64,000 bases of DNA from an uncultured Cryomorphaceae bacterium. Its GTDB lineage: Bacteria > Bacteroidota > Bacteroidia > Flavobacteriales > UBA7430. The notes beneath the pieces are model-generated. The model did no database searches. It worked only from the letters and a program-made list of their open reading frames with translations, and was not told the origin of the DNA. Both the position numbers and the translations under genes were made by a program. Position 1 is the first letter of the stretch; each line of letters opens with the position of its first letter. Where the stretch lies: NCBI GenBank assembly GCA_964516765.1, contig CAZEWZ010000003.1:78692-142691 (forward strand), read 5' to 3'. This document shows, piece by piece, positions 31,329 through 40,482 of this stretch.

Positions 31329-31604
31329 TCTATTTAATTATATCTCTTCAATAATTAACTCAAAAATAGTTTCTTTTCCCGCTATTATTTCTTGTAAACT
31401 ACTTTAAGATAATGTAGTTTCATCGATATATTAAAATATTTTACTCACTATTAGTCTTGTAGCTTTTATAGCATTATTGTGAAAAATATCCATTAATAAT
31501 ATATCTCTTACAAAAATAAAAAAATGATATTTTTTTAAGTAAAAATAAAATCACGATTTTTTTTTTAAAAATATTTTATGTGTAAATAGTTTATTGGATA
31601 CTAT

Positions 31605-33821
31605 TTATATACTTGCTATAATTGAGTTTAGTGTGGGGCTAGGTCTCATCGCTTTTGTTGCTAATTCAAGATTTGGAGCAAAATATCCTCCGATATTCAT
31701 CATTTTGCCTTGATGAGAATTTAATTCATCAATAATTTTTGCTTCGTTGTAGTGCAATGATTCTGCAATAGGAGTGAATTTATTTTTTAAGCCTTTGTCT
31801 ATATTTTGATTTGCAAGTTCTTGAGCCCAATATAAGGCAATATAGAAATGACTTCCTCGGTTGTCAATTTCTTTTACTTTTCTAGAGGGGGATTTTCTGT
31901 TTTCTAGTAGCGAAATTGTTGCTGCATCAAGAGTTTTGGCTAATATTCTTGCTTTTTTATTTTCATTATTGACTGCTTCGTATTCAATCGAAACCGCTAG
32001 TGCCAAGAATTCTCCTAAAGAATCCCATCTTAAGTGATTTTCTTTTTGGAACTGTTGAACATGCTTTGGTGCAGATCCACCTGCTCCAGTTTCAAATAAT
32101 CCACCTCCATTCATTAAAGGAACAATAGACAACATTTTTGCACTTGTTCCTAATTCTAAAATAGGAAAAAGGTCTGTATTATAGTCTCTTAGAACATTAC
32201 CAGTCACTGAGATAGTATCTTTTCCTTCCTTCATCCTTTTTAGGGAAATATTCGCAGCATCTTTAGGAGAGAGGATTCTAATATCTAATCCATCAGTGTC
32301 GTGATCCATTAGATAAGTGTTTACTTTTTGAATAATTTGTGCATCATGAGCTCTGTTAATATTCAACCAAAAGATAGCAGGTACGGCAGAAATTTTCGTT
32401 CTATTTACAGCCAATTTCACCCAGTCTTGAATAGGAAGATCCTTTACTTGGCACATTCTCCAAATATCTCCCTCTTCTACTTCATGTTCCATGAGTATTT
32501 CTCCAGAATGATCTGAAATTTGAACCTTCCCTGCTAATGAAATCTCAAAAGTCTTATCGTGGGATCCATACTCCTCAGCTTTCTGTGCCATTAATCCAAC
32601 ATTGGGCACGGAGCCCATTGACCTTGGATCAAAAGCACCATTTTTTTTACAAAAATCAATAGATGCCTGAAAAATACTTGCATAAGAACTGTCGGGAATC
32701 ACCGCTTTTGTATCTTGAGTATGGCCATTTTTATTCCACATTTTTCCAGAATTTCTAATCATGGCTGGCATGGATGCATCTATAATAATATCACTAGGAA
32801 CATGAAGGTTAGTAATTCCAATATCAGAGTCAACCATAGCTAAATCAGGAGCTTGCTCGAAACATTTTTCTATTTCTTCTTCTATTTCATTTTTTATTCT
32901 TGGAGGCAGATTATTAAGTTGAATTAAAAGATTAGCAAAACCATTATTTACATTTACTCCAACTTGATCTAGTTCTTTTCCAAATTTTTTAAAAACAGAT
33001 TTGAAAAATACTTTCACGCAGTGGCCAAAAATAATAGGGTCAGACACCTTCATCATCGTGGCTTTCATATGTATTGAAAATAAAACATCTTTATCTTTTG
33101 CATCAGCAACTTCATTTTCTAGAAAAGAAATCAAAGCCTTCTTACTCATTAGTGTCCCATCGATAATTTCTCCCTCAAGAACAGGTATTGCATCTTTCAA
33201 AATTTTGACCCCCTCTTTGGAAATAAGTTTTATGCTTAGGGTGCTTGCCTTTTTAAGTGTAACTGATTTTTCGTTTGAAGCAAAGTCACCAGAAGACATT
33301 GTGGATACATGAGATGCTGATTCTGATGACCATTCCCCCATAGTATGTGGGTTATTTCTTGCATATACTTTTACTGGTTGTGGAGCTCTTCTGTCGGAGT
33401 TTCCTTCTCTCAATACAGGGTTAACTGCACTGCCTTTTATTTGATCATAAGTAGATTTAATAATTCCTTCCTCCTTATTAGAAGGTATATTAGGATAATT
33501 AGGAAGATTAAATCCTTTTTTTTGTAACTCATCTATTGTCGCTTTCAACTGAGGAATTGAAGCAGAAATATTAGGTAATTTTATGATGTTTACTTCTGAC
33601 TTTGTTACTAAATCACCCAACTCACTCAATGCATCAGGCACTTTTTGTTGAGGATTTAAATAACTGGGAAATTTCGCAAGGATTCTGGAAGCTAAAGAAA
33701 TATCTTTAGTCTCTATGTTGATACCACATGTTTTAGTAAATGCTCGAACAATAGGAAGAAACGAAAGCGTAGCTAAAGCAGGAGCCTCATCTGTATAGGT
33801 GTAAATAATCTTAGAAGACAT
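31605..33821 (-). CDS. icd: Monomeric NADP-dependent isocitrate dehydrogenase
   Basis: About 738 aa. The N-terminus [18 protein letters not shown] is typical of monomeric IDH. I prefer the internal ATG at 33821 over the ORF-track start at 33869. Confidence 0.92.
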   Translation of the reverse strand: MSSKIIYTYTDEAPALATLSFLPIVRAFTKTCGINIETKDISLASRILAKFPSYLNPQQKVPDALSELGDLVTKSEVNIIKLPNISASIPQLKATIDELQKKGFNLPNYPNIPSNKEEGIIKSTYDQIKGSAVNPVLREGNSDRRAPQPVKVYARNNPHTMGEWSSESASHVSTMSSGDFASNEKSVTLKKASTLSIKLISKEGVKILKDAIPVLEGEIIDGTLMSKKALISFLENEVADAKDKDVLFSIHMKATMMKVSDPIIFGHCVKVFFKSVFKKFGKELDQVGVNVNNGFANLLIQLNNLPPRIKNEIEEEIEKCFEQAPDLAMVDSDIGITNLHVPSDIIIDASMPAMIRNSGKMWNKNGHTQDTKAVIPDSSYASIFQASIDFCKKNGAFDPRSMGSVPNVGLMAQKAEEYGSHDKTFEISLAGKVQISDHSGEILMEHEVEEGDIWRMCQVKDLPIQDWVKLAVNRTKISAVPAIFWLNINRAHDAQIIQKVNTYLMDHDTDGLDIRILSPKDAANISLKRMKEGKDTISVTGNVLRDYNTDLFPILELGTSAKMLSIVPLMNGGGLFETGAGGSAPKHVQQFQKENHLRWDSLGEFLALAVSIEYEAVNNENKKARILAKTLDAATISLLENRKSPSRKVKEIDNRGSHFYIALYWAQELANQNIDKGLKNKFTPIAESLHYNEAKIIDELNSHQGKMMNIGGYFAPNLELATKAMRPSPTLNSIIASI

Positions 33822-33880
33822 GTATTTTATGTATAAAGGGGTGAAAAATAACACCCCATTTGATGACAACTTAAGTTAAA

Positions 33881-33888
33881 CAAATATA
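33881..33888 (-). promoter_or_regulatory. TAnnTTTG box for icd
   Basis: Reverse complement reads TATATTTG, 59 nt before the ATG at 33821. Confidence 0.4.
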
Positions 33889-33995
33889 GAAAATTGGAAG
33901 TTTTTAAGGCATATATTTACCGTTAAATATTTAGATAGAACGATTCCAAACATTATTTTATCCATTTAGCTATTCATTGTGTATTCGAAAATGAG

Positions 33996-34820
33996 TTATT
34001 TAGACTTTTGAGCAGTTGAATAAAAAGTTTCTTTGAAATTTTCAGGATCAAATTCAATTGGATATTTCCCATTTGGATAATGACGTATTAAATTATCAAA
34101 TATTTCTTTTTTTACTTTTTCTCTTAGAGTATCAACATCATTTAGACTCAAATGTTTAGTCTCAAAGGGAACAGATATATAATTGATGCATTTCCCAGGC
34201 CTAATTCTTATTTTATCTGGGGGGAACAACTCTCCAGCATTAACTATTGTTATTGCCACAATAGGTGTATTGCTTTCGATAGCCATTCTAAAAGCCCCAT
34301 TTCGCATTTCATTAATAAGTTTGTCATTCATTTCAACAGCTCCTTCAGGACATAAAAAGATTGAGCTACCATTTCTTAAAATATCTAAAAGAGTTAAGTA
34401 GCTTTTCTCTCTATCTTTAGGAGATTCTCTTTTAACAGATACATGGCCTAGTTCCCTTGCTAAGATGCCGATTATTGGCCATTTAAAAACTTCTTCTTTC
34501 CCAAGGAATTTTTTGTACTGTTTGATGCTTATGATGGCAATAAATAGATCTAGGTAAGAACGGTGATTGCTGACAAACACATAATTTTTTGTATTATCAA
34601 TTTCTAGTCCTTGAATAAAATTCATTTTTATTCCCCACAAGAAAAGTATGCAAGCACTTGTAAATCGAATATAATAATCAAGTGCGTTGTTTTTTTTGTT
34701 TCTAAAAATAACAACAAATGTTAGCAAAATAGGGAGATTAAGTAGAATGAGAATAGAGCCACTTATTAAACACCAAATAGTCCATATTAAATCAATTAAT
34801 TTTTTTAGATTATGGATCAT
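33996..34820 (-). CDS. plsC: 1-acyl-sn-glycerol-3-phosphate (lysophospholipid) acyltransferase
   Basis: N-terminal TM helix, acyltransferase motif NHRSYLD and CPEGA. Confidence 0.8.
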   Translation of the reverse strand: MIHNLKKLIDLIWTIWCLISGSILILLNLPILLTFVVIFRNKKNNALDYYIRFTSACILFLWGIKMNFIQGLEIDNTKNYVFVSNHRSYLDLFIAIISIKQYKKFLGKEEVFKWPIIGILARELGHVSVKRESPKDREKSYLTLLDILRNGSSIFLCPEGAVEMNDKLINEMRNGAFRMAIESNTPIVAITIVNAGELFPPDKIRIRPGKCINYISVPFETKHLSLNDVDTLREKVKKEIFDNLIRHYPNGKYPIEFDPENFKETFYSTAQKSK

Positions 34821-34842
34821 ACAAATTGTGTGATGAAGATTT

Positions 34843-36066
34843 TCATACGTTTAATTTTTTAATGACATCCATGGCGTTTTTGCTCTCAGGGAAAAAGCTA
34901 ACTAATTTTTCTAAAACCTTTTCAACGACTGTGTCAGGACACGACGCTCCACTAGTAATCAATATGTCAATTATTTTTTTTTTTGGAAGGAAATTTTTTG
35001 TTTGAACAAGCATTTTATTAGAATAGTCATAATGCTTTATCAAGTTGTTGTTTATTAATTCTGTCTCGTTAGTTATAAAATAACTAGGAAGTTTTTCCTC
35101 ACATAGCTCGACCAAGTGTGAAGTATTAGAACTATTGTATCCCCCGACAATAATTGCCAAATCCGCCTTTTTTTTCAATAATCCATAGGTTGCATCTTGA
35201 TTTTCATTTGTGGCATAGCAAAGTGTATCTCGAGTGTTTGCCATATGTTTTTTGCTATTCTCTTGCCCAAATTTAATTTCCATGATATCTTTAAGAAAAT
35301 TTGATATGGCTTGGGTATCAGTGGCTAACATGGTAGTTTGATTAATTACTCCAATAGAATCAAGGTTAATTTGTGGATCAAAATCATCACTATATTTTCC
35401 TTCGAAAAAAATGTTAAATTCAGAGATAGGTCGAGTCCTTAAAATAAACTCAGATAGCACAATAGCTTCTTTCATATCCTTTATAATCAACGAGGGTGCA
35501 TTTTTTTTACTATAGGAATAAGTGGCACGAGTCTCTTCGTGATTATGTTTTCCGTGAATGATGATTGTGAAATTTTGTTTTGACAATTGATCAGCCCTCT
35601 TCCATACTCTAGTTACAAAGGGACATGTGGTGTTATATTGCTTAGTAGAAACCCCTTTTTTTTCTAGGATATCTAGTATCTCTAGAGTGGTTCCAAACGC
35701 AGGAATAATGACTATATCATCAGATTTTATATCTTTCCATGGAATCAGATGATTTCCATGCGTGTCCATTATAAATTTTATTCCTTTATCAAGAAGGTCA
35801 TTATTGACATCGGGATTATGAATCATTTGACTAAGTAGGAAAATTCTTTTTTCTGGATTTTCATTTACTGCCCTGTAGGAAATTTCAATGGCATTTTCAA
35901 CTCCAAAACAGAAACCAAAATGTCTAGCGATGTGAAATCTTATGGGTCCAAAGTCTAAAAGCGTAGGGGAAAAGTCTTTTTTTTTTGGGTCGAGTTTTTG
36001 GCGTATTTCTTTGATGTGTTTAATTACACTCGATCGATAAAGGTCAGGTATATTAAACTTCTTCAT
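34843..36066 (-). CDS. ispH: 4-hydroxy-3-methylbut-2-enyl diphosphate reductase (long form)
   Basis: FGFCFGVENAI, the first cluster-Cys motif, plus TTCPFVT and SGASCP. At 407 aa it carries an N-terminal extension. Confidence 0.9.
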   Translation of the reverse strand: MKKFNIPDLYRSSVIKHIKEIRQKLDPKKKDFSPTLLDFGPIRFHIARHFGFCFGVENAIEISYRAVNENPEKRIFLLSQMIHNPDVNNDLLDKGIKFIMDTHGNHLIPWKDIKSDDIVIIPAFGTTLEILDILEKKGVSTKQYNTTCPFVTRVWKRADQLSKQNFTIIIHGKHNHEETRATYSYSKKNAPSLIIKDMKEAIVLSEFILRTRPISEFNIFFEGKYSDDFDPQINLDSIGVINQTTMLATDTQAISNFLKDIMEIKFGQENSKKHMANTRDTLCYATNENQDATYGLLKKKADLAIIVGGYNSSNTSHLVELCEEKLPSYFITNETELINNNLIKHYDYSNKMLVQTKNFLPKKKIIDILITSGASCPDTVVEKVLEKLVSFFPESKNAMDVIKKLNV

Positions 36067-36240
36067 TATTTTTAAAATTCATTTTCGTAAAAGTACACAT
36101 TTATTTAATATGAATGTTTTATGAATTCCCGATTTAAATCATAAATATCTCCATTTAACTATTAAATATATTATTCCAAATAATGAATCCACCAAATTGA
36201 TTTTAATCAGTTTGTAGGATTTTTTTTAAATTAAAATTAA

Positions 36241-36248
36241 TATATTTG
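36241..36248 (+). promoter_or_regulatory. TAnnTTTG box for rpsA (leader of about 100 nt)
   Basis: TATATTTG, 103 nt before the ATG at 36352. Confidence 0.45.
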
Positions 36249-36351
36249 CACAAATTTTCTAGTAAAATTCGCGGAATTACAATTTTTTTATTAATCCTTT
36301 TACCTCCATTTTAAAGCGACTTGCAGGTGAAATACAAAACCCCTTTTTTCG

Positions 36352-38568
36352 ATGTCTGAGAAGAAAGTAATTAAAGCTAAGGCTACTAAAGCCAAGTCAG
36401 TAAAAGAACAATCTAAAGTTGTTCCGACAGCTAAACCCAAAGAAAAACGAGCTACTAAAAAGTTAAAAGTAGATGAATCTGAAGTTTCAACCGTTTCGGC
36501 TGAGAAACCTAAAGTTAAGGAGAAATCCAGGCCAGCTGCTAAAAAGTTAAAAGTAAATGAACCTGAAGTTTCAACCGTTTCGGCTGAGAAACCTAAAGTT
36601 AAGGAGAAATCCAGGCCAGCTGCTAAAAAGTTAAAAGTAGATGAACCTGAAGTTTCAACCGTTTTGGCTGATAAACCTAAAGGTAAGGATAAAGCTAAAC
36701 CAGCAGCTAAAAATGAAACAGTGGATGAAATTGAACCTATAGCTCTTGTTGATGAATTTCCTTCTGACCAAGCCACTGATATCGTGGAGTTAGATGCTTC
36801 GGTATCAAATATATTAGAAGAACCTATAGAAAAAGAGTTCGACTGGGATTCATTTGCTGAAGGAGGATCTGCCACTTATACTAAAGATCAATATACAGAA
36901 TACGAATCAATGTACGATGCTACGCTTCCAGACGAAAGTCAAGCTGGTGTTATCGATGGGAAAATCATAAATATTACTGATCGTGAAGCCATTATTGAAA
37001 TTGGTGGTAAATCTGAAGGCGTAATTTCCTTAAATGAATTTCGTTATAATCCAGAATTGAGCGTAGGTGATTCAGTAGAGGTATTAATTGACCAGCACGA
37101 AGATCATACTGGTCAATTAGTTCTTTCTCATAAAAAAGCTAGATCTATTCGGTCTTGGGATAGAGTAAATAATGCTCACGATGAAGAAGAAATTGTAAAT
37201 GGATTTGTCAAATGTCGAACTAAAGGTGGAATGATTGTCGATGTATTCGGTATTGAAGCCTTCCTACCAGGTTCTCAAATTGATGTAAAACCTATCCGAG
37301 ATTATGATATTTATGTAGGAAAAACAATGGAATTTAAAGTTGTAAAAATTAATCATGACTTCAAAAATGTTGTAGTTTCTCATAAAGCACTTATTGAGGC
37401 AGATATTGAGCTTCAAAAGAAAGAAATTATTGGTAAATTAGAAAAAGGACAGGTTCTTGAAGGTACTGTAAAAAATATAACATCTTATGGTGTATTTATT
37501 GACTTAGGTGGAGTAGATGGGTTAATTCATATCACTGACCTTTCTTGGAGTAGAATTAATCATCCAAATGAAATTGTTGAGTTAGACCAAAAGATAAATG
37601 TAGTAATTCTTGACTTTGATGAAGCAAAAACTCGTATTCAGTTAGGCCTTAAACAGTTATCCTCTCATCCATGGGATGCTCTCGATAATGATCTTAATAT
37701 CGGTGATCGAGTTAAAGGTAAAGTAGTAGTTCTTGCCGATTATGGGGCATTTATTGAAATTCTTCCTGGCGTTGAAGGATTAATACATGTATCTGAAATG
37801 TCATGGTCTACTCATTTGAGATCCGCTCAAGATTTCATGAAAGTCGGAACAGAACTAGAAGCAGAAATTCTCACTTTAGAGCGTGAAGATCGTAAAATGT
37901 CCTTAGGCTTAAAGCAATTATCTACCGATCCATGGGCTGATATTACTGAAAAGTATCCTGTAAAATCTAAGCATACTGGTATAGTTCGTAATTTTACCAA
38001 TTTTGGAGTATTTGTTGAATTGGAAGAAGGAGTAGACGGATTGGTTCATATATCTGATCTTTCTTGGATGAAGAAAGTGAAACACCCTTCTGAATTCACA
38101 TCAATTGGAGCTAAATTAGATATTGTTGTTCTTGAACTAGATACAGAGAATAGAAGGCTTTCTCTAGGTCACAAGCAAGTTGAAGATAATCCTTGGGATA
38201 CCTATGAGACCATTTTTGCAGAAGGTTCTGAACATGAAGGAGAAGTTGTAGAAATTCATGATAAAGGTTCTACAGTTCTTTTCAAAACAGAAGGAGTTGA
38301 AGGATTTGTTCCAGGAAGACATTCTGAAAAAGAAGATGGTTCTAAATTACTAAAAGGTGATTTTGTCAATTTTAGAGTTATTGAATTTAACAAAGGTTCT
38401 AGAAAAATTGTTTTGTCTCATACTATCTTGTTTAAGGAAGCGATTGCAGCAGAAAAGAAGTCAACTAGCAAAAAAGTCAAATCTATTCAATCCAATGTAG
38501 AAAAATCTACCTTAGGAGACATTGATGCTCTAGTTGCTTTAAAGACCAAGCTGGATAAAGGAGAATAA
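36352..38568 (+). CDS. rpsA: 30S ribosomal protein S1 with a Lys-rich repeat N-terminal extension
   Basis: Six S1/OB repeats (e.g. GTVKNITSYGVFIDLGGVDGLIHITDLSW). The EFDWDSF... segment typical of Bacteroidota S1 N-termini starts only at about residue 163. At 738 aa the protein looks longer than I would expect for S1. Confidence 0.93.
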   Translation: MSEKKVIKAKATKAKSVKEQSKVVPTAKPKEKRATKKLKVDESEVSTVSAEKPKVKEKSRPAAKKLKVNEPEVSTVSAEKPKVKEKSRPAAKKLKVDEPEVSTVLADKPKGKDKAKPAAKNETVDEIEPIALVDEFPSDQATDIVELDASVSNILEEPIEKEFDWDSFAEGGSATYTKDQYTEYESMYDATLPDESQAGVIDGKIINITDREAIIEIGGKSEGVISLNEFRYNPELSVGDSVEVLIDQHEDHTGQLVLSHKKARSIRSWDRVNNAHDEEEIVNGFVKCRTKGGMIVDVFGIEAFLPGSQIDVKPIRDYDIYVGKTMEFKVVKINHDFKNVVVSHKALIEADIELQKKEIIGKLEKGQVLEGTVKNITSYGVFIDLGGVDGLIHITDLSWSRINHPNEIVELDQKINVVILDFDEAKTRIQLGLKQLSSHPWDALDNDLNIGDRVKGKVVVLADYGAFIEILPGVEGLIHVSEMSWSTHLRSAQDFMKVGTELEAEILTLEREDRKMSLGLKQLSTDPWADITEKYPVKSKHTGIVRNFTNFGVFVELEEGVDGLVHISDLSWMKKVKHPSEFTSIGAKLDIVVLELDTENRRLSLGHKQVEDNPWDTYETIFAEGSEHEGEVVEIHDKGSTVLFKTEGVEGFVPGRHSEKEDGSKLLKGDFVNFRVIEFNKGSRKIVLSHTILFKEAIAAEKKSTSKKVKSIQSNVEKSTLGDIDALVALKTKLDKGE
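36457..36708 (+). repeat. In-frame 84-bp tandem repeat, 3 copies, encoding KKLKV(D/N)E(S/P)EVSTVSAEKPKVKEKSRPAA
   Basis: Units lie at 36457-36540, 36541-36624 and 36625-36708. Units 1 and 2 differ at 2 of 84 nt. Unit 3 is more diverged, and a degenerate partial unit precedes the array. Confidence 0.95.
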
Positions 38569-38583
38569 ATATATTTATTAAAT

Positions 38584-38619
38584 AAAAAAAAACCTTTCGA
38601 AACCGAAAGGTTTTTTTTT
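38584..38619 (+). terminator. Intrinsic terminator after rpsA (A-run / T-run flanked)
   Basis: AAAAAAAAACCTTTCG-AAAC-CGAAAGGTTTTTTTTT. Confidence 0.8.
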
Positions 38620-38655
38620 ACTTATAAACTAGGTAAGTTTTTAGATTAACATTAA

Positions 38656-38663
38656 TATATTTG
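38656..38663 (+). promoter_or_regulatory. TAnnTTTG box 4 nt upstream of the pyrR ATG
   Basis: TATATTTG-tcaa-ATG(38668). Confidence 0.45.
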
Positions 38664-38667
38664 TCAA

Positions 38668-39210
38668 ATGCGCGGAAAAATACTCTTCAATCAAAAAGAA
38701 TTTAACTTGAGTGTTATTCGTCTTTGTTGGCAGTTGATAGAGAATCACTCTGATTTTTCAAATACTGTATTGATTGGTATGCAACCTCGTGGATACAAGC
38801 TTGCGAAAAAAATTCATAGTAAATTAATGGAATTAACTGGAATTTCGAATATTAATCTAGGTTCTTTAGATATTACGTTTTTTAGAGACGACTTCAGAAG
38901 ACGTGAAGATCCTATTTTTGCGAATCAAACAAATATTAATTTTTTGGTGGAGGGTAAGAGTGTGATTTTTATTGATGATGTTCTATATACAGGGAGAAGT
39001 ATCAGAGCAGGAATGGACGCCATCAATTCTTTTGGTCGTCCTAAGCAAATTGAATTGTGTGTTTTGATAGATAGAAGGTTTAGCAGAGAACTCCCAATTG
39101 AACCTAATTATTTTGGCAAGACCGTTGATGCTATTGACACAGAGAAAGTAGTTGTGGAGTGGGATTCTGAAATCACCCATAATGGACGTGTAACTTTGAT
39201 AAATGAGTAA
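38668..39210 (+). CDS. pyrR: PyrR (pyr regulator / uracil phosphoribosyltransferase)
   Basis: 180 aa with PRPP-binding motif VIFIDDVLYTGRSIRA. Confidence 0.9.
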   Translation: MRGKILFNQKEFNLSVIRLCWQLIENHSDFSNTVLIGMQPRGYKLAKKIHSKLMELTGISNINLGSLDITFFRDDFRRREDPIFANQTNINFLVEGKSVIFIDDVLYTGRSIRAGMDAINSFGRPKQIELCVLIDRRFSRELPIEPNYFGKTVDAIDTEKVVVEWDSEITHNGRVTLINE

Positions 39211-39212
39211 GC

Positions 39213-40151
39213 ATGAAAAGTTTAAGTGTAAATCATTTGATTGGAATAGATGATCTTCTCATAGAAGATATCGAATTAATTTTTCAAACTGCAGATAATT
39301 TTAAATCTGTGATAAATCGTCCGATTAAAAAAGTTCCATCACTTCGAGACCTCACGATTGCTAATTTATTTTTTGAAAACTCTACTAGAACTAAGTTGTC
39401 TTTTGAGTTAGCTGAAAAAAGATTATCTGCTGATATTATTAATTTTTCTGCTGCATTATCATCCGTTAAAAAAGGCGAGACACTCATTGATACAGTCAAT
39501 AACATTCTTGCTATGAAAGTCGATATGGTGGTCATGAGACATCCTAATCCCGGAGCTGCAAAATTTTTATCTGAACATGTTGATTCTATGATTGTAAATG
39601 CAGGTGATGGTTCTCATGAACATCCTACTCAAGCTCTACTAGATGCATATTCTATTCGAGAAAAACTTGGATCACTAGAGGGCAAGAAAGTTGTTATAGT
39701 TGGAGATATTTCCCATTCAAGAGTTGCATTGTCAAATATATTTTGTCTTCAAAAAATGGGTGCTAAAGTAATGCTATGTGGTCCTGCAACATTAATCCCA
39801 AAGTATATCTACGAACTAGACGTATTGATAGAATATGATTTACGGACTGCTTTAGAGTGGTGTGATGTAGCTAATATGCTTAGAATTCAATTAGAACGAA
39901 TGGATGTGCAATATTTCCCTTCTCTTCGAGAATATACCCTGATGTATGGTTTAAACGAAGTCATACTAAATAGTCTTTCAAAGAAAATTTTAGTAATGCA
40001 TCCTGGACCAATTAATAGAGGTGTAGAGATTAGTTCAGAGGTAGCAGATGGAAACCAAGCGATTATTTTAGATCAAGTTGAAAATGGAGTAGCAATTAGA
40101 ATGGCTGTTATTTATCTTTTAGCACAGAACATTAATAGAGAAAACTCATAG
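39213..40151 (+). CDS. pyrB: Aspartate carbamoyltransferase catalytic subunit
   Basis: STRTKLSFE, HEHPTQALLD and HPGPINRG motifs, 312 aa. Confidence 0.95.
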   Translation: MKSLSVNHLIGIDDLLIEDIELIFQTADNFKSVINRPIKKVPSLRDLTIANLFFENSTRTKLSFELAEKRLSADIINFSAALSSVKKGETLIDTVNNILAMKVDMVVMRHPNPGAAKFLSEHVDSMIVNAGDGSHEHPTQALLDAYSIREKLGSLEGKKVVIVGDISHSRVALSNIFCLQKMGAKVMLCGPATLIPKYIYELDVLIEYDLRTALEWCDVANMLRIQLERMDVQYFPSLREYTLMYGLNEVILNSLSKKILVMHPGPINRGVEISSEVADGNQAIILDQVENGVAIRMAVIYLLAQNINRENS

Positions 40152-40474
40152 TGTCTTGGATAATCAATATTGAGCAAAAATACGAGGACTATACTCCATC
40201 ATTTGATTCTGAAATGGAATTAATTTATGCAATTTCACTATTGAGTTATGACACAAATAAAATTATTAATGCCTCCAATTTTATCCCTACTAGTTTACTT
40301 TGCAAAGCAATTACTACAGCTTACGATAACCACCAATCTCACAGTAAATCTTTTGTAGTAATTTTCCAAAATAACCAACACCTTCCAAAGATGAGTGAAT
40401 ATTTCGTTCATGTACCCTCTCTATCTGAGGCAATTGACTATATTTACATGGAAGAACTTGAAAGAAACTTATAA
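40151..40474 (+). CDS. Small hypothetical protein whose start is coupled to the pyrB stop
   Basis: 107 aa. Its GTG start overlaps the pyrB TAG stop (ATAGTG). It has a single Cys, so it is not a PyrI-type zinc regulatory chain. Confidence 0.5.
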   Translation: MSWIINIEQKYEDYTPSFDSEMELIYAISLLSYDTNKIINASNFIPTSLLCKAITTAYDNHQSHSKSFVVIFQNNQHLPKMSEYFVHVPSLSEAIDYIYMEELERNL

Positions 40475-40482
40475 ATCCTACT

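Noticed and set aside
36457-36708. A regularly spaced 84-bp direct repeat that could be mistaken for a CRISPR-like array or a minisatellite.
   Set aside because: The units are contiguous with no spacers and keep the reading frame. They encode a coherent Lys-rich peptide inside rpsA, and no cas genes are present.
36300-36875. A 191-aa ORF on the minus strand, opposite the 5' end of rpsA, with its own internal repeats (AAGL..SL.LG.SAETVETSGS).
   Set aside because: It is the antisense mirror of the in-frame 84-bp repeat in rpsA. Its start would sit in the rpsA leader, it has no promoter box, and the plus-strand frame continues directly into a canonical S1 protein.
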